Of a stretch of 54,402 nt of DNA, positions 29,384-38,219 are shown piece after piece; position 1 is the stretch's first letter, and every line of letters begins with the position of its first letter. Under the pieces are notes generated by a model. It worked only from the letters and a program-made list of their open reading frames with translations. It made no database searches and had not been told where the DNA came from. The position numbers and the translations under genes are program-made. The stretch is from a virus (lineage: Duplodnaviria > Caudoviricetes), in the IMG/VR virus record IMGVR_UViG_3300036766_002274, positions 1-54,402 of that record. One strand, written 5' to 3'.

Positions 29384-30901
29384 CTAGTGAAGGAAGCGCC
29401 GACTGGTCTTTCCTAGCACTCTGCCCAGTGGTGCTTTCTTCTTCAGCCGGTTAATGTTCGTCGGTTTCCTCAGGTGCTCTACCTGCCCGAGGTGGTGCAG
29501 CAACCCGTAACCCAGCGCCTTCGCACTGTGGTTCCACTTATCGATTGGCTTCTCGCCAGCGATAGTGCCATCTCGCGTGAGCAGGTACTTCCACGGGTGC
29601 ATGTTGTCGAACACCGGCTCTCCCAGTCCTGCCTCAGCAATGAGGCCGACACACTTGGGGTCAATCGTGATGCGGTTCTGCTTGGCGCTGGAGCGGATGC
29701 GCTCGATAAGCGGGTCTTCGCGCCAATACTTCATGTTCCAGTTCAGGCTGGTCTTCTTCTTCCAGATTTCCAGCGCCGACTCACCAGCATCGCGGTGCCC
29801 CTTGCCCGCGATGTCGATGATGCCCTGCTTGACGCGGGGCCAGTAGCGGTTCTTCTTGCAGAGACTGATGATGTCGTTCGTGGTCAAGCCCTGCTCGTAC
29901 AGCTCATCGAAGACATGGAAGTGCTTACCGAGCAGCTCAGGCTTCCAGTCATCACCAGCGCCTCGCGGCTTCTTCGTGAACTCATCCCAGATAGCCACGA
30001 ACAACACGGCGTAGGCAGACTGGTAGCCGGGGTCAATCCAGACCTCTACAGCCATCTCAGGCGTCACCTTCATGGTCTGGATGTGTTCCTTACCAAGCTC
30101 CTTGAGGACACGCGACCTCGGTGGTCGCGGCTCAGCCAGTACGCGCATGGCGAAGATGTCATCCGGGTAGATGCCTTCGAGCCGCAGAATCTCCGGGTCA
30201 TTACGCCCGCCGGGAAACTCGTGCAGGTTCGAGAACGTGGGCAACGAGTACGAGACGATGCCAAGGTGGTTCTCCCGCTGGCCCATGAGCATCCAGTCCT
30301 GATACCACTGCTGACTGTCTTCCATCGTGCCCGAGTAGATGATGAAGCCCTTCTTCGCCGAGACACGCCCTTGGACGCGCTCGACACCCGAATACTGGCA
30401 GCGCCCCGCTTCGCAGATGGCAGCTCCCTCAAGGTCGAGTGAGCGCACAGAACCGGGGTCTTCCATCGACCACGTCTGGAGCACCACACCCGACTTGGTC
30501 ACGAGCCGCCATGCCCCCTCGGCTGGCTTGCTGGGCTTGTTGATGCCGCCCGCGAGCTGCCCGATGGAGCGCAGGAAGTCCTCGATGTACTTGAACTCCC
30601 AACGCGGCTCAGCGTACGTGGGGCCGAACAGCACGAAGTGCGCGTTGCGCGGCTTGTCGTTCACCTCATCGAACAGCAGCTCGCCGGTCTTCGTGAAGAA
30701 CACGTCGGGCCGGATACGTGGCAGCATGTAAATGTGGGCAGCCATCTCGACGGCTGTCCACCATGACTTGCCACCGCGCTCGCCGCCACCGATGACCGGG
30801 AAACGGTCATCGTGCGAGCTGGCCTCCTCCTGCTCAGCGGAGAGCTTGATGCCAACGGCGTTGAAGAAGATTTTCCGGGCAGCGTAGGGGAGTCTGTTCA
30901 T
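29384..30901 (-). CDS. terL: Terminase large subunit
   Basis: Walker A GGERGGKS, Walker B-like AAICEAG, SGT motif III, nuclease WIDPG, FDELY, NHSAKALGY. Confidence 0.9.
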   Translation of the reverse strand: MNRLPYAARKIFFNAVGIKLSAEQEEASSHDDRFPVIGGGERGGKSWWTAVEMAAHIYMLPRIRPDVFFTKTGELLFDEVNDKPRNAHFVLFGPTYAEPRWEFKYIEDFLRSIGQLAGGINKPSKPAEGAWRLVTKSGVVLQTWSMEDPGSVRSLDLEGAAICEAGRCQYSGVERVQGRVSAKKGFIIYSGTMEDSQQWYQDWMLMGQRENHLGIVSYSLPTFSNLHEFPGGRNDPEILRLEGIYPDDIFAMRVLAEPRPPRSRVLKELGKEHIQTMKVTPEMAVEVWIDPGYQSAYAVLFVAIWDEFTKKPRGAGDDWKPELLGKHFHVFDELYEQGLTTNDIISLCKKNRYWPRVKQGIIDIAGKGHRDAGESALEIWKKKTSLNWNMKYWREDPLIERIRSSAKQNRITIDPKCVGLIAEAGLGEPVFDNMHPWKYLLTRDGTIAGEKPIDKWNHSAKALGYGLLHHLGQVEHLRKPTNINRLKKKAPLGRVLGKTSRRFLH

Positions 30902-31401
30902 TAGGCCGAGATTTCTCGGAACTCCCCCTCGACCACTGGCTCGTTTAAAGCCTTCGCCATGTTCTTCGCGAGCTGGGCATGCAGGTCAGACAGGTCGGTG
31001 GATGAGTCTTCCTTGACTCCCCACTCGCCACGCTCGACAGCGATGGCCTGACACAGCTTCCTGTGCATGTCCATGAGCTTAATAAGCTCCTCGGATGGAA
31101 TGTCTGAGCCGTTCTGGATACGAAGCTGCAACTGCTGCGAGTTGACCTCCATCTCCGTGAGCCGTCGCTGTTTGTCCATCATTGAAACCTTCCTGAGTTT
31201 GGAAACACACATTGCGCGTTCGAGTTGGATAGCCGCGCGATGACGGTTCACCCAGTTGTGGAGATAGCGTCGGCTGTAGAGCTTCCAGCCAAGCTGCGTT
31301 GCGTAGGCAACGTACTTCTCGTAGTTCTCACCGTTCAACGCCACGTACGCTATGAGAGCTTGCTTCGCCTGTGGTGTGAGGTATGCGCGTATGCGTGACA
31401 C
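30901..31401 (-). CDS. Probable terminase small subunit
   Basis: Helical 166 aa coupled (TAATG) to terL; ends VVEGEFREI. Confidence 0.6.
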   Translation of the reverse strand: MSRIRAYLTPQAKQALIAYVALNGENYEKYVAYATQLGWKLYSRRYLHNWVNRHRAAIQLERAMCVSKLRKVSMMDKQRRLTEMEVNSQQLQLRIQNGSDIPSEELIKLMDMHRKLCQAIAVERGEWGVKEDSSTDLSDLHAQLAKNMAKALNEPVVEGEFREISA

Positions 31402-31410
31402 AAGTATACC

Positions 31411-31662
31411 CTACAGCCGTATCCCAACCGTGTAGGACTCCGGTGGAGCAACCTTGTTCAGGAACGGGTGGTCTTCCTCGAAGACCACAATGAAGTCCGT
31501 ATTGGGGTAGATGCACCGGTCTTCTTCGAGCATGGCCTGCTGGTGGTGAGCAGTGCAGTCGAAGCAGAAGTTCGGAACTGGCTCATCGAGTCGCACAGAC
31601 TCGATTGCTGCATGCCGGAAACGGGCATAGGACTCGGACGTAAAACAAGGGGGGAATGACAC
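31411..31662 (-). CDS. Small Cys-rich phage protein (83 aa)
   Basis: PPCF...FCFDCT...M....RC..P pattern. Confidence 0.6.
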   Translation of the reverse strand: MSFPPCFTSESYARFRHAAIESVRLDEPVPNFCFDCTAHHQQAMLEEDRCIYPNTDFIVVFEEDHPFLNKVAPPESYTVGIRL

Positions 31663-31688
31663 GCAGACTCCTGCGGCATCCCCCCTTC
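31646..31688 (-). terminator. Intrinsic terminator-like hairpin after helicase
   Basis: AAGGGGGGA..CGCAG-ACTC-CTGCG..TCCCCCCTT followed on minus strand by GTTTT. Confidence 0.5.
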
Positions 31689-31710
31689 AATTTCTCTTCT
31701 GTTGAAAAGC

Positions 31711-33222
31711 TTACTCTACTTCTGCGTCATGTTCCACTTCCTTCTCGTCGTGTACGCCGGTGCTCTCGTAGTCAGCTAATACTGGTGCAGTAATTGGCAA
31801 CTGGGCCTGCACCATTGTCCCGCCTCTGGTAAGCGGGCGCATCCGCCCGCCGTTTGTGAGGGAGATAACGAACGGCAGTTCGCCAATCTCGCCGTGCCTG
31901 TTCTTGGTGAACACGACCAGCACTGTCATCTGGCCGTCCTCGTGAATACGCTTCGCAATCTCCTCACGCAGCAGTCCGCGCCAGCCACCCGTCTCATGGT
32001 TGGGGGCGACGGGCATCAGTGAGATAGCGCAGTCAACATCCTGATACTTGGACGAGCTGCCCTTCATGTCCTCAACGTCCAGTGAGGACTTCTTATTCAT
32101 CGACTTCTCACCCTTGCTGACGTGCGTGATGAGAATGATGTGAACGTCACTGTTCTTGGCGATGCTCTTCATCGCCCGCATGATGGCTGACTGCTGAGCA
32201 ATCGTGTCGTCCTTGTACTTCTCGGTGCCGAGCATGTCCACGAGGTCAACGATGACGTACTTGATGTCATGCCACTTCTTGTACCGGGTGACCGCAGCAC
32301 GGAAAGCGCCCACGTCCACCTCGGACTTGTCCGAGATGTAGATGGGGAGGTCGCGCAGCTTCTCGATGCTGCGCTGAATCTCGTCCCGGTAGTGGTGGAT
32401 GGTGTGGTCGCGGCGCAGCCAACGGAAGTTCTTGGCGATGTCGAGCTGGACGATGCGCTCCTGCACTTGGAGCTTGGGCATCTCCGTCGTGTACCAGAGG
32501 CCACGGTGCCCACGGAGCGCCAGCCTGTAGCCGATGTTCGTGGCGAACATCGATTTAAAGCGGCTGGACGGCGCATAGATGATGGTCACGTTCCCCGGCT
32601 GGAACCCATCAAGGTAGCGGTCGAACAGCGTCCAGCCAGTCTCGATGCCAGTGATGGCATCAGGGTCATCGATGTACCGGTCGAAGCGCGCCTGCAAGGC
32701 GTCGAGGTCGTCACCCATCTTGGTGACATCCTTGCTGGCCGCGCCGGTCGTCTCGGTCTGGAGCGTACTCAGCCGCTCCTCAATCTGGGCGCGCACGGCA
32801 GCCAAGTCAGTCGGGGCTGAGCCAGCGAGCTTGCGTGCCCAGTCGGCAAAGCCGATGAGGTCGCGCTCGCCGCGCTTCTTCGTGACCACCGCCGTCCAGT
32901 AGGTCGTGTCCTGCGGCAGGACACCCTCCATGGAGCCCATCACGATGGAGCCGCCGCCCATCTCGCTCAGGATGTTGCCGCCGTCAGCGGTCTTCGTGTC
33001 GCTCAGCTTCCGCATCACGGTCTGGGCGTTCACCGGCTGGTTGGTGGCGACCATCTCACAGATGGCCGCGAAGGCGTTCCGGTACGGCTTGCAGTAGAAG
33101 TCATCCGGGGCGAGTGCTGTCATCGCCTCGGTGACACTGCTCCCCGAGAGCAGCATCCCGCCAATCACTTGGCGTTCAGCCTCGATGTCTGATGGCAGCT
33201 CGTCAACGTCAAGTGGTGGCAT
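31711..33222 (-). CDS. dnaB: Replicative DnaB-like helicase
   Basis: LPSDIEAERQVIG..L.PDDFY N-domain; GIETGW..D..L.GFQPG, TEMP, IVDLV, KNRHGE. Confidence 0.9.
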   Translation of the reverse strand: MPPLDVDELPSDIEAERQVIGGMLLSGSSVTEAMTALAPDDFYCKPYRNAFAAICEMVATNQPVNAQTVMRKLSDTKTADGGNILSEMGGGSIVMGSMEGVLPQDTTYWTAVVTKKRGERDLIGFADWARKLAGSAPTDLAAVRAQIEERLSTLQTETTGAASKDVTKMGDDLDALQARFDRYIDDPDAITGIETGWTLFDRYLDGFQPGNVTIIYAPSSRFKSMFATNIGYRLALRGHRGLWYTTEMPKLQVQERIVQLDIAKNFRWLRRDHTIHHYRDEIQRSIEKLRDLPIYISDKSEVDVGAFRAAVTRYKKWHDIKYVIVDLVDMLGTEKYKDDTIAQQSAIMRAMKSIAKNSDVHIILITHVSKGEKSMNKKSSLDVEDMKGSSSKYQDVDCAISLMPVAPNHETGGWRGLLREEIAKRIHEDGQMTVLVVFTKNRHGEIGELPFVISLTNGGRMRPLTRGGTMVQAQLPITAPVLADYESTGVHDEKEVEHDAEVE

Positions 33223-33490
33223 TCAGGAACTCCTCAATCTCACCCAGTAGCTCGGCATGCTCAGTGGCCCGCTCAATGCGCTGGGCACGCGTCTTGAACT
33301 TCTTGTGCGGCGTCTTGTTCGAGATAGCGAACGCGTCATCCGTGACGGACTGGAGCAGCCGCACGCACCAGCGGCAGACCGAGAACGACGGGAAGTGCTT
33401 GCCGTCCTCGCCGTATTCAGCCACGTACTCCGGGTTCTTCGTCAGGCAGAACCAGCACGACTTGGAGTCCCACACAGTCTTGCGTGACAC
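33209..33490 (-). CDS. Zn-finger protein (CWFC..CRWC)
   Basis: Two CxxC pairs; GAGGAGG RBS. Confidence 0.65.
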   Translation of the reverse strand: MSRKTVWDSKSCWFCLTKNPEYVAEYGEDGKHFPSFSVCRWCVRLLQSVTDDAFAISNKTPHKKFKTRAQRIERATEHAELLGEIEEFLNATT

Positions 33491-33596
33491 GGCTGCCTCC
33501 TCATGTTCAGGGGAAAGAGAGCCCCGGCAGAGCGTGCGTCACTCGTCTCAACGAGTGCCAATAGCACGAGTACCGGGGTGTGGATTGCGCCGGTCT

Positions 33597-34127
33597 TTAA
33601 ACCGGCAGGAGCGGGATGTAGTCCTTCAGCTCCCCGATGAAGGCAGCCAGCTCGGACTGGCTCTCGATACACAGGCTGGCCGCGAGGCTCCTGCCGTTCG
33701 CGTCGAATCCCTCGATGCTGACGCTGTCTTGGGTGAGGGCATCACCGAAGACGAACTCCCAGCTTGAGCCGTTCGGCACATCAATCACTGTGCGCCGTTC
33801 GCCACTGGAATAGTTGACCGTCTCGGACGAGACAGCCTTGGGCTGTTCGGCGAAGTCGCAGTCGCCGTCGCCGCAGTCCGGGGAGGATGAGGGGTCTGCG
33901 CAGGAATCCTCTGCCGTGTACCACTCCTCACTGAAGTCGTCGGGGGTGTTCTTGTTGCTCGGAACGTAGACATCCTCGGCGGTCTCGCCGAAGTCTTTGA
34001 AGTCGGCCGCGATACTGATGCCGAGCTTCTTCTCCTGCTTCAAGACGAACTTGTCGAAGCGCCGGGCGAGGATGTTGGCGCGCTCTTTGTAGGACGGGAG
34101 CGCATTGGGGTTGTTGGGCTTACTCAT
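33597..34127 (-). CDS. Hypothetical acidic protein
   Basis: ATG overlaps upstream stop region; coding-like composition. Confidence 0.6.
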   Translation of the reverse strand: MSKPNNPNALPSYKERANILARRFDKFVLKQEKKLGISIAADFKDFGETAEDVYVPSNKNTPDDFSEEWYTAEDSCADPSSSPDCGDGDCDFAEQPKAVSSETVNYSSGERRTVIDVPNGSSWEFVFGDALTQDSVSIEGFDANGRSLAASLCIESQSELAAFIGELKDYIPLLPV

Positions 34128-34599
34128 CGTTGAACTCTTCCTCTTCTTCTGTTTCGTCTGGCTCTTGGTTGGCAGAGAACTGCCATGGGTCAGTTGTATC
34201 GAACGCCGGGTTGTCTTCTGCCGCAGTGTCGCCAGCGAAAGGCTCTTCCCCGGCAGCGTCGAGGTCAGCATCGACCTCGGCCTGCATCTCGGCGATGGCC
34301 CGGTCGAACACCGCCGTGAGGTCGCTGAGTACAGCCTCGAAATGCTGGACAGGAATGGCGACGAAGCCTACCTGCCGGTCATCCACGTACTGCGCCATGA
34401 TGACCTGACCCTTGTGGAAGCCAGCGAGGATGCCTGAGTAGTCCTCGTCAGGGCTGAAAGCGGGCTCATTGGCTCGCAACTCCTTGAGGCCCACGTTGCT
34501 CGTCTTGCGCCACGCGCAAGCGATGCAGACATTGCCAACACTGCTGGATGCCGCAGTTCCGTTGACGAGCTGCCTGCGGGGTGGTGGTCGCTTGGACAT
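34120..34599 (-). CDS. Hypothetical protein (159 aa)
   Basis: GAGGAG RBS; acidic tail. Confidence 0.65.
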   Translation of the reverse strand: MSKRPPPRRQLVNGTAASSSVGNVCIACAWRKTSNVGLKELRANEPAFSPDEDYSGILAGFHKGQVIMAQYVDDRQVGFVAIPVQHFEAVLSDLTAVFDRAIAEMQAEVDADLDAAGEEPFAGDTAAEDNPAFDTTDPWQFSANQEPDETEEEEEFNDE

Positions 34600-34839
34600 C
34601 GGCGTCTCCTCACACGGCCTATGCCGTGATGGACGAAGCGGCTGGGGTAGTTAGAAGAACTTGGACTTGGGAATGCCGGTTCCCCAGCCACCTCGCGTGA
34701 TGTGTTTGCACCTCACACTCTTAGAGTAACCGTCTCATGCAACGCAGTCTATGTCCTTCGCGCGCACCGGGCGGCGCGGCGCAAAGACGAAGCGCCCAGT
34801 GGTGTGTGGGGTTTTTGTGCCCGCTGGACACGAAGTGTG

Positions 34840-35480
34840 GAAATAGTGTATACTAGTTAAACAGAAGCTTTAAGCCTTGCCGAACTGCCAAGTGAGGCAA
34901 GGCTTGGCATAGATAGAACAGCACTAAAGGCCAAAGCCGACAAGGCTTTGGCCTTGTCGGCTTTAAACAGCCAAGCTCCAGTCTTACCCTAAAAGCCAAA
35001 GCCAGCTCTTCGAGCCTTGTTTTGGCTTTGTCTTTTAGGCTAAGACTTACGCTTGGCTTTTAGCTTGGCTTTCTTGGTCGGGGAAGACGATGCCACACCC
35101 GCAGGTGGGGCATCGTGTAAGCCCCCGTGCCAAATACTCGTTTCACTCGTATGGTCGTCCATGGCGGAACAGAGTGGAGCCATGGCTTGCTTGAAGCTAA
35201 GCGAAGAAGCGAGATGTCCCCCTACGGGGCCATCTCGCGGTATGAAAGAGCTTAGCTGGCACAGCCAGCGTCCCCCCAGAAGTGGTCACCACGTGTCGTC
35301 TTTCCGCCGCAGGCATATTAGATAAGTATCTATAACATACCTGTTGTGTGTAGCCTTTAAAGCTCAGTTTGTATGTAATATAAACATCCACTTAGTTCAC
35401 ATAGGTTCATTAAGCGGGATTTAAAAATCGGAGGGGGTTCAAGGCAAACCCCATGACCCCTCAGATTCAAAGTGTTAAAT
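34840..35480. repeat. AT-rich inverted-repeat cluster, candidate origin or packaging region
   Basis: IRs at 34872-34905, 34933-34964 and 34980-35047; many AAGCC/GGCTT units; lies between divergent arms. Confidence 0.6.
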
Positions 35481-35929
35481 AGACGACGTGTTTTTACCCT
35501 TCAAGCCGGGTGGGGTAGTACTACCGTGCCTAGGCCGACCGCGACCGGCGATACCCCCACCCCCACCCCTGCCCAGCATCGCCTGCACGTCTGCGCCGTG
35601 CTCGCGGCTCGTCCTCGCTTGCTGGCATGCAAGCGCACTGCGCCGCCACGGGCGGACGACTAATCAGCACCGGCCTGACTACGTTCTCACTGAGAAGCAC
35701 GGCAACGGCACGGCACGGTTCCCTATACCCCTCCGGGGTATCACATCGGCGAGGTACACCACGCCACAAACCGCCGTGCTCACGGCCCGGCAGCGTGAGA
35801 CTTGCCAGCGCACGCCGAGACTGGCACGTCGAGGTTGTCACATGTAAATGTCCCAACCGCATACGCATGTGTTGTATGACACAGCACAGACTGTACCCCT
35901 GTATGTCGCATATCTGGCCCAAAATGTGC

Positions 35930-35958
35930 TTGACAGTCTCGCTCGGCAGGTTCAATCT
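35930..35958 (+). promoter_or_regulatory. Candidate sigma70 promoter
   Basis: TTGACA at 35930; weak -10 (TTCAAT or CAATCT). Confidence 0.4.
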
Positions 35959-35961
35959 GAG

Positions 35962-36540
35962 CACATCGAAGCCGAGACGCCCACCGCAAGGTGGTGCTCC
36001 ACTTCAGACATCGCCAGAGTTCACCCGCCAGCCGGAAACGAAAGAGCCGCCTATCAAGTGACACACCACCGGCAACCCAGCCGCACCGGAGAGGCCCAGA
36101 CAAGGCCCGGTGTGTAGAAGGGGAGCCGCAACGGTCAAGCCGCAACAATGCCGCCCCGATGTGCCTAGCACGCCTAACTCGACTAGATGGTATCAGTCGA
36201 GTGCTCCCCTTCTACCGGCGGTCGCGTAACCTGAGCGATTAGCAGAACAGGGAGCATGGACGCCAATCGGTACAATCCCGATGTGCGCTCCGCCGAACGT
36301 CAACGGTTAGGTTGACGTGCATCAGCGAGCGTAGTCGCTGACTAACCCGTGCCATTAACGCAGTATGGGCACATCTCTTACCCCGGAGCCTAGCAAGCCC
36401 CGGCCATCTACCGGAGCGCTCGATTCACAGTAGCGCAACCGGCAAACACATCTCTTAGGTGACTGGCGAGCATGGCAAGTAATCAAGCATGCGCCAGTCA
36501 CGTTGCAGTCACGTCGCACGGGTTGGCACCCGTGACATGA
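35962..36540 (+). ncRNA. Candidate large structured ncRNA (~580 nt, ends approximate)
   Basis: More than 10 helices, including 13-bp 36114-36126/36203-36215 and 10-bp 36459-36468/36492-36501; no credible ORF. Confidence 0.6.
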
Positions 36541-36613
36541 ATTAGGAGCTTCGAAACGTGAAGACCTTTATTGAGGATTCCATCTACGAAATCGACGCCA
36601 GCGACTACGCTTC

Positions 36614-36757
36614 GTGAATATCGACCGCAGCGAAGTATCGCGCCTACTGGCGAAAGCCATCGCATACAAGGAGTGCGGCAATCGCGCGAAAGCTGACGAC
36701 TACGCTCGCCAGCTTGTCTACGCCTTGCAGTGCGCCAATATCCTCAACAACTCTTAG
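36614..36757 (+). CDS. Small phage protein (47 aa, IDRSEVSRLLAKAIAYKECG)
   Basis: Translated by hand; GTGA overlap with upstream mini-ORF. Confidence 0.55.
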   Translation: MNIDRSEVSRLLAKAIAYKECGNRAKADDYARQLVYALQCANILNNS

Positions 36758-36790
36758 TGCATCCCGCCGCAGGCGGGTGGAGATTCTGTC

Positions 36791-36895
36791 ATGAGTGACC
36801 CGATTCTTGGCATCACCGAACGATGGGACACAGACGCTCTTATCGAGTTGTCACACGCCATCCTCACGCTCGTCGTCGTGAGGGATGCATCGTGA
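36791..36895 (+). CDS. 34-aa ORF duplicating the N-terminus of the 37475 gene
   Basis: GGAG RBS; 62/75 nt identical to 37475-37549. Confidence 0.5.
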   Translation: MSDPILGITERWDTDALIELSHAILTLVVVRDAS

Positions 36896-36980
36896 AGTGT
36901 GAGCGTTGCGGCCGTCCCGTCGTCGTCCTCACGGATATTGACCTTGCATGGTGCAAGGTCTGCCAGCATGGAAGCACATC

Positions 36981-37205
36981 ATGACATGCGAAGCGTGCGT
37001 GCAGCCGTCTAATCTTGTCGAGTTCACAGATGAGCAAACCTACGTGACCCATCTGTTCGATGGGAGCCAGACGTACAATACCAGCCCATTACGCGCCATT
37101 TGTGGCGCGTCCTTCCGTGATGCCGAGTATCTCAATCTCGGCATCGTCGATAGCGGCGGATACTGTTTCGCGTGTCTCTCCGCAGAAGAGGAAGCTATCT
37201 CATGA
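36981..37205 (+). CDS. Small Cys-rich protein
   Basis: CEAC..H..ICG..CFAC. Confidence 0.5.
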   Translation: MTCEACVQPSNLVEFTDEQTYVTHLFDGSQTYNTSPLRAICGASFRDAEYLNLGIVDSGGYCFACLSAEEEAIS

Positions 37206-37474
37206 CTCGTATTCACACGCTTTTGTTGGGAGCACTGGCGAAAGCCATCGCCAATGGCGATACCACCCGTGTGCGGTTCATCGTCGCCGAACTCTGCGAG
37301 GTTGCACGTCATGCATGACGTGCTTCTCCGCTTCGCTATCAAGAACGGCCTTAGTCCATGCAAACGGTGCAGCGTCGTTTACGGCGACGCTGACGATTGC
37401 GGCCCGTTCACTTGCGGTAACTGTCTGCGTGGCAGCAAGGCCCGCGACCGTGCCAATTTCACGGGAGGAACACT

Positions 37475-38197
37475 GTGAGCGACCCGATTCTAGGCATCAC
37501 CGAACGATGGGACACGGACGCGTTGATTGAGATATCCCATACCATCCTCGCCCCTGCCCAGTGCCCCGCACTGCCCAGCCCGTTGCGTATCCGCACCGGT
37601 GCTGTACCCGGCACAAAGGGCACGAGCCAGAAGGTGCTGGGCTACTACGTTGCGCCTGACAAGGCAGAGGACAAGGTGCCCAGCTTCTACATCTCGCCGC
37701 TTGTCGGCGACACGGTAGGCGCGCTCACTATCATGACGTGGCTTGCTACGTTTGCCGCCTACCCCGACGACGATTGGAAGAAACGCAGCAACCGGAGTCA
37801 CCTTGCCGAACGTCTCGGTTTTGCCGCTCCCTATAGCACGCCGGTGGCAGGCTCGAACTTGCGCGTGCTCCTCGATGAGGTTGCGCTCTCGCTCGTGAAA
37901 GAGCGCCCACACTCGTGCATCGACGTGTCTAAGAATCCCATTATCCGCACACAGGCCACGAGCCTGTTGACCGGCGAGTGCCAGCTTTGCCATGGCAAGC
38001 ACAGGCCCACGCTCGCCACACTGGCATCGGGCTGGCCCGAGTGCAGCGGCAACGGTGGACACCGCCGCGTGCTCATTAACTGCTGGTCTGGCACACGCAC
38101 GGCTGGCCTCACGCCAGTCTCGCCGCTTGGCTTGAACATTCCTTGCCGCCCGTACGCCACCGGTTCCGGTGGCGTGCCCATCTTTGAGCCCATCTAA
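37475..38197 (+). CDS. SprT-like protein with degenerate HExxH and C-terminal Zn ribbon
   Basis: FYISP..D....L....(TWLAT in place of HELVH)..LG..T.AG..PH..Q.T.LL..EC..C..P.C pattern; GGAGGA RBS. Confidence 0.5.
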   Translation: MSDPILGITERWDTDALIEISHTILAPAQCPALPSPLRIRTGAVPGTKGTSQKVLGYYVAPDKAEDKVPSFYISPLVGDTVGALTIMTWLATFAAYPDDDWKKRSNRSHLAERLGFAAPYSTPVAGSNLRVLLDEVALSLVKERPHSCIDVSKNPIIRTQATSLLTGECQLCHGKHRPTLATLASGWPECSGNGGHRRVLINCWSGTRTAGLTPVSPLGLNIPCRPYATGSGGVPIFEPI

Positions 38198-38219
38198 CGA
38201 GCTAGGACAGGAGAGAGAC

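Noticed and set aside
31403-31408. TATACT -10 box before TerS
   Set aside because: Only 1 nt from the annotated start, too close unless the true start is downstream
35040-35850. Short ORFs in the switch region
   Set aside because: No RBS or coding-like composition; better explained by repeats
36791-37549. Repeat pair as a diversity-generating retroelement TR/VR
   Set aside because: Mismatches are not adenine-specific, the repeat is at a 5' end, and no reverse transcriptase is seen
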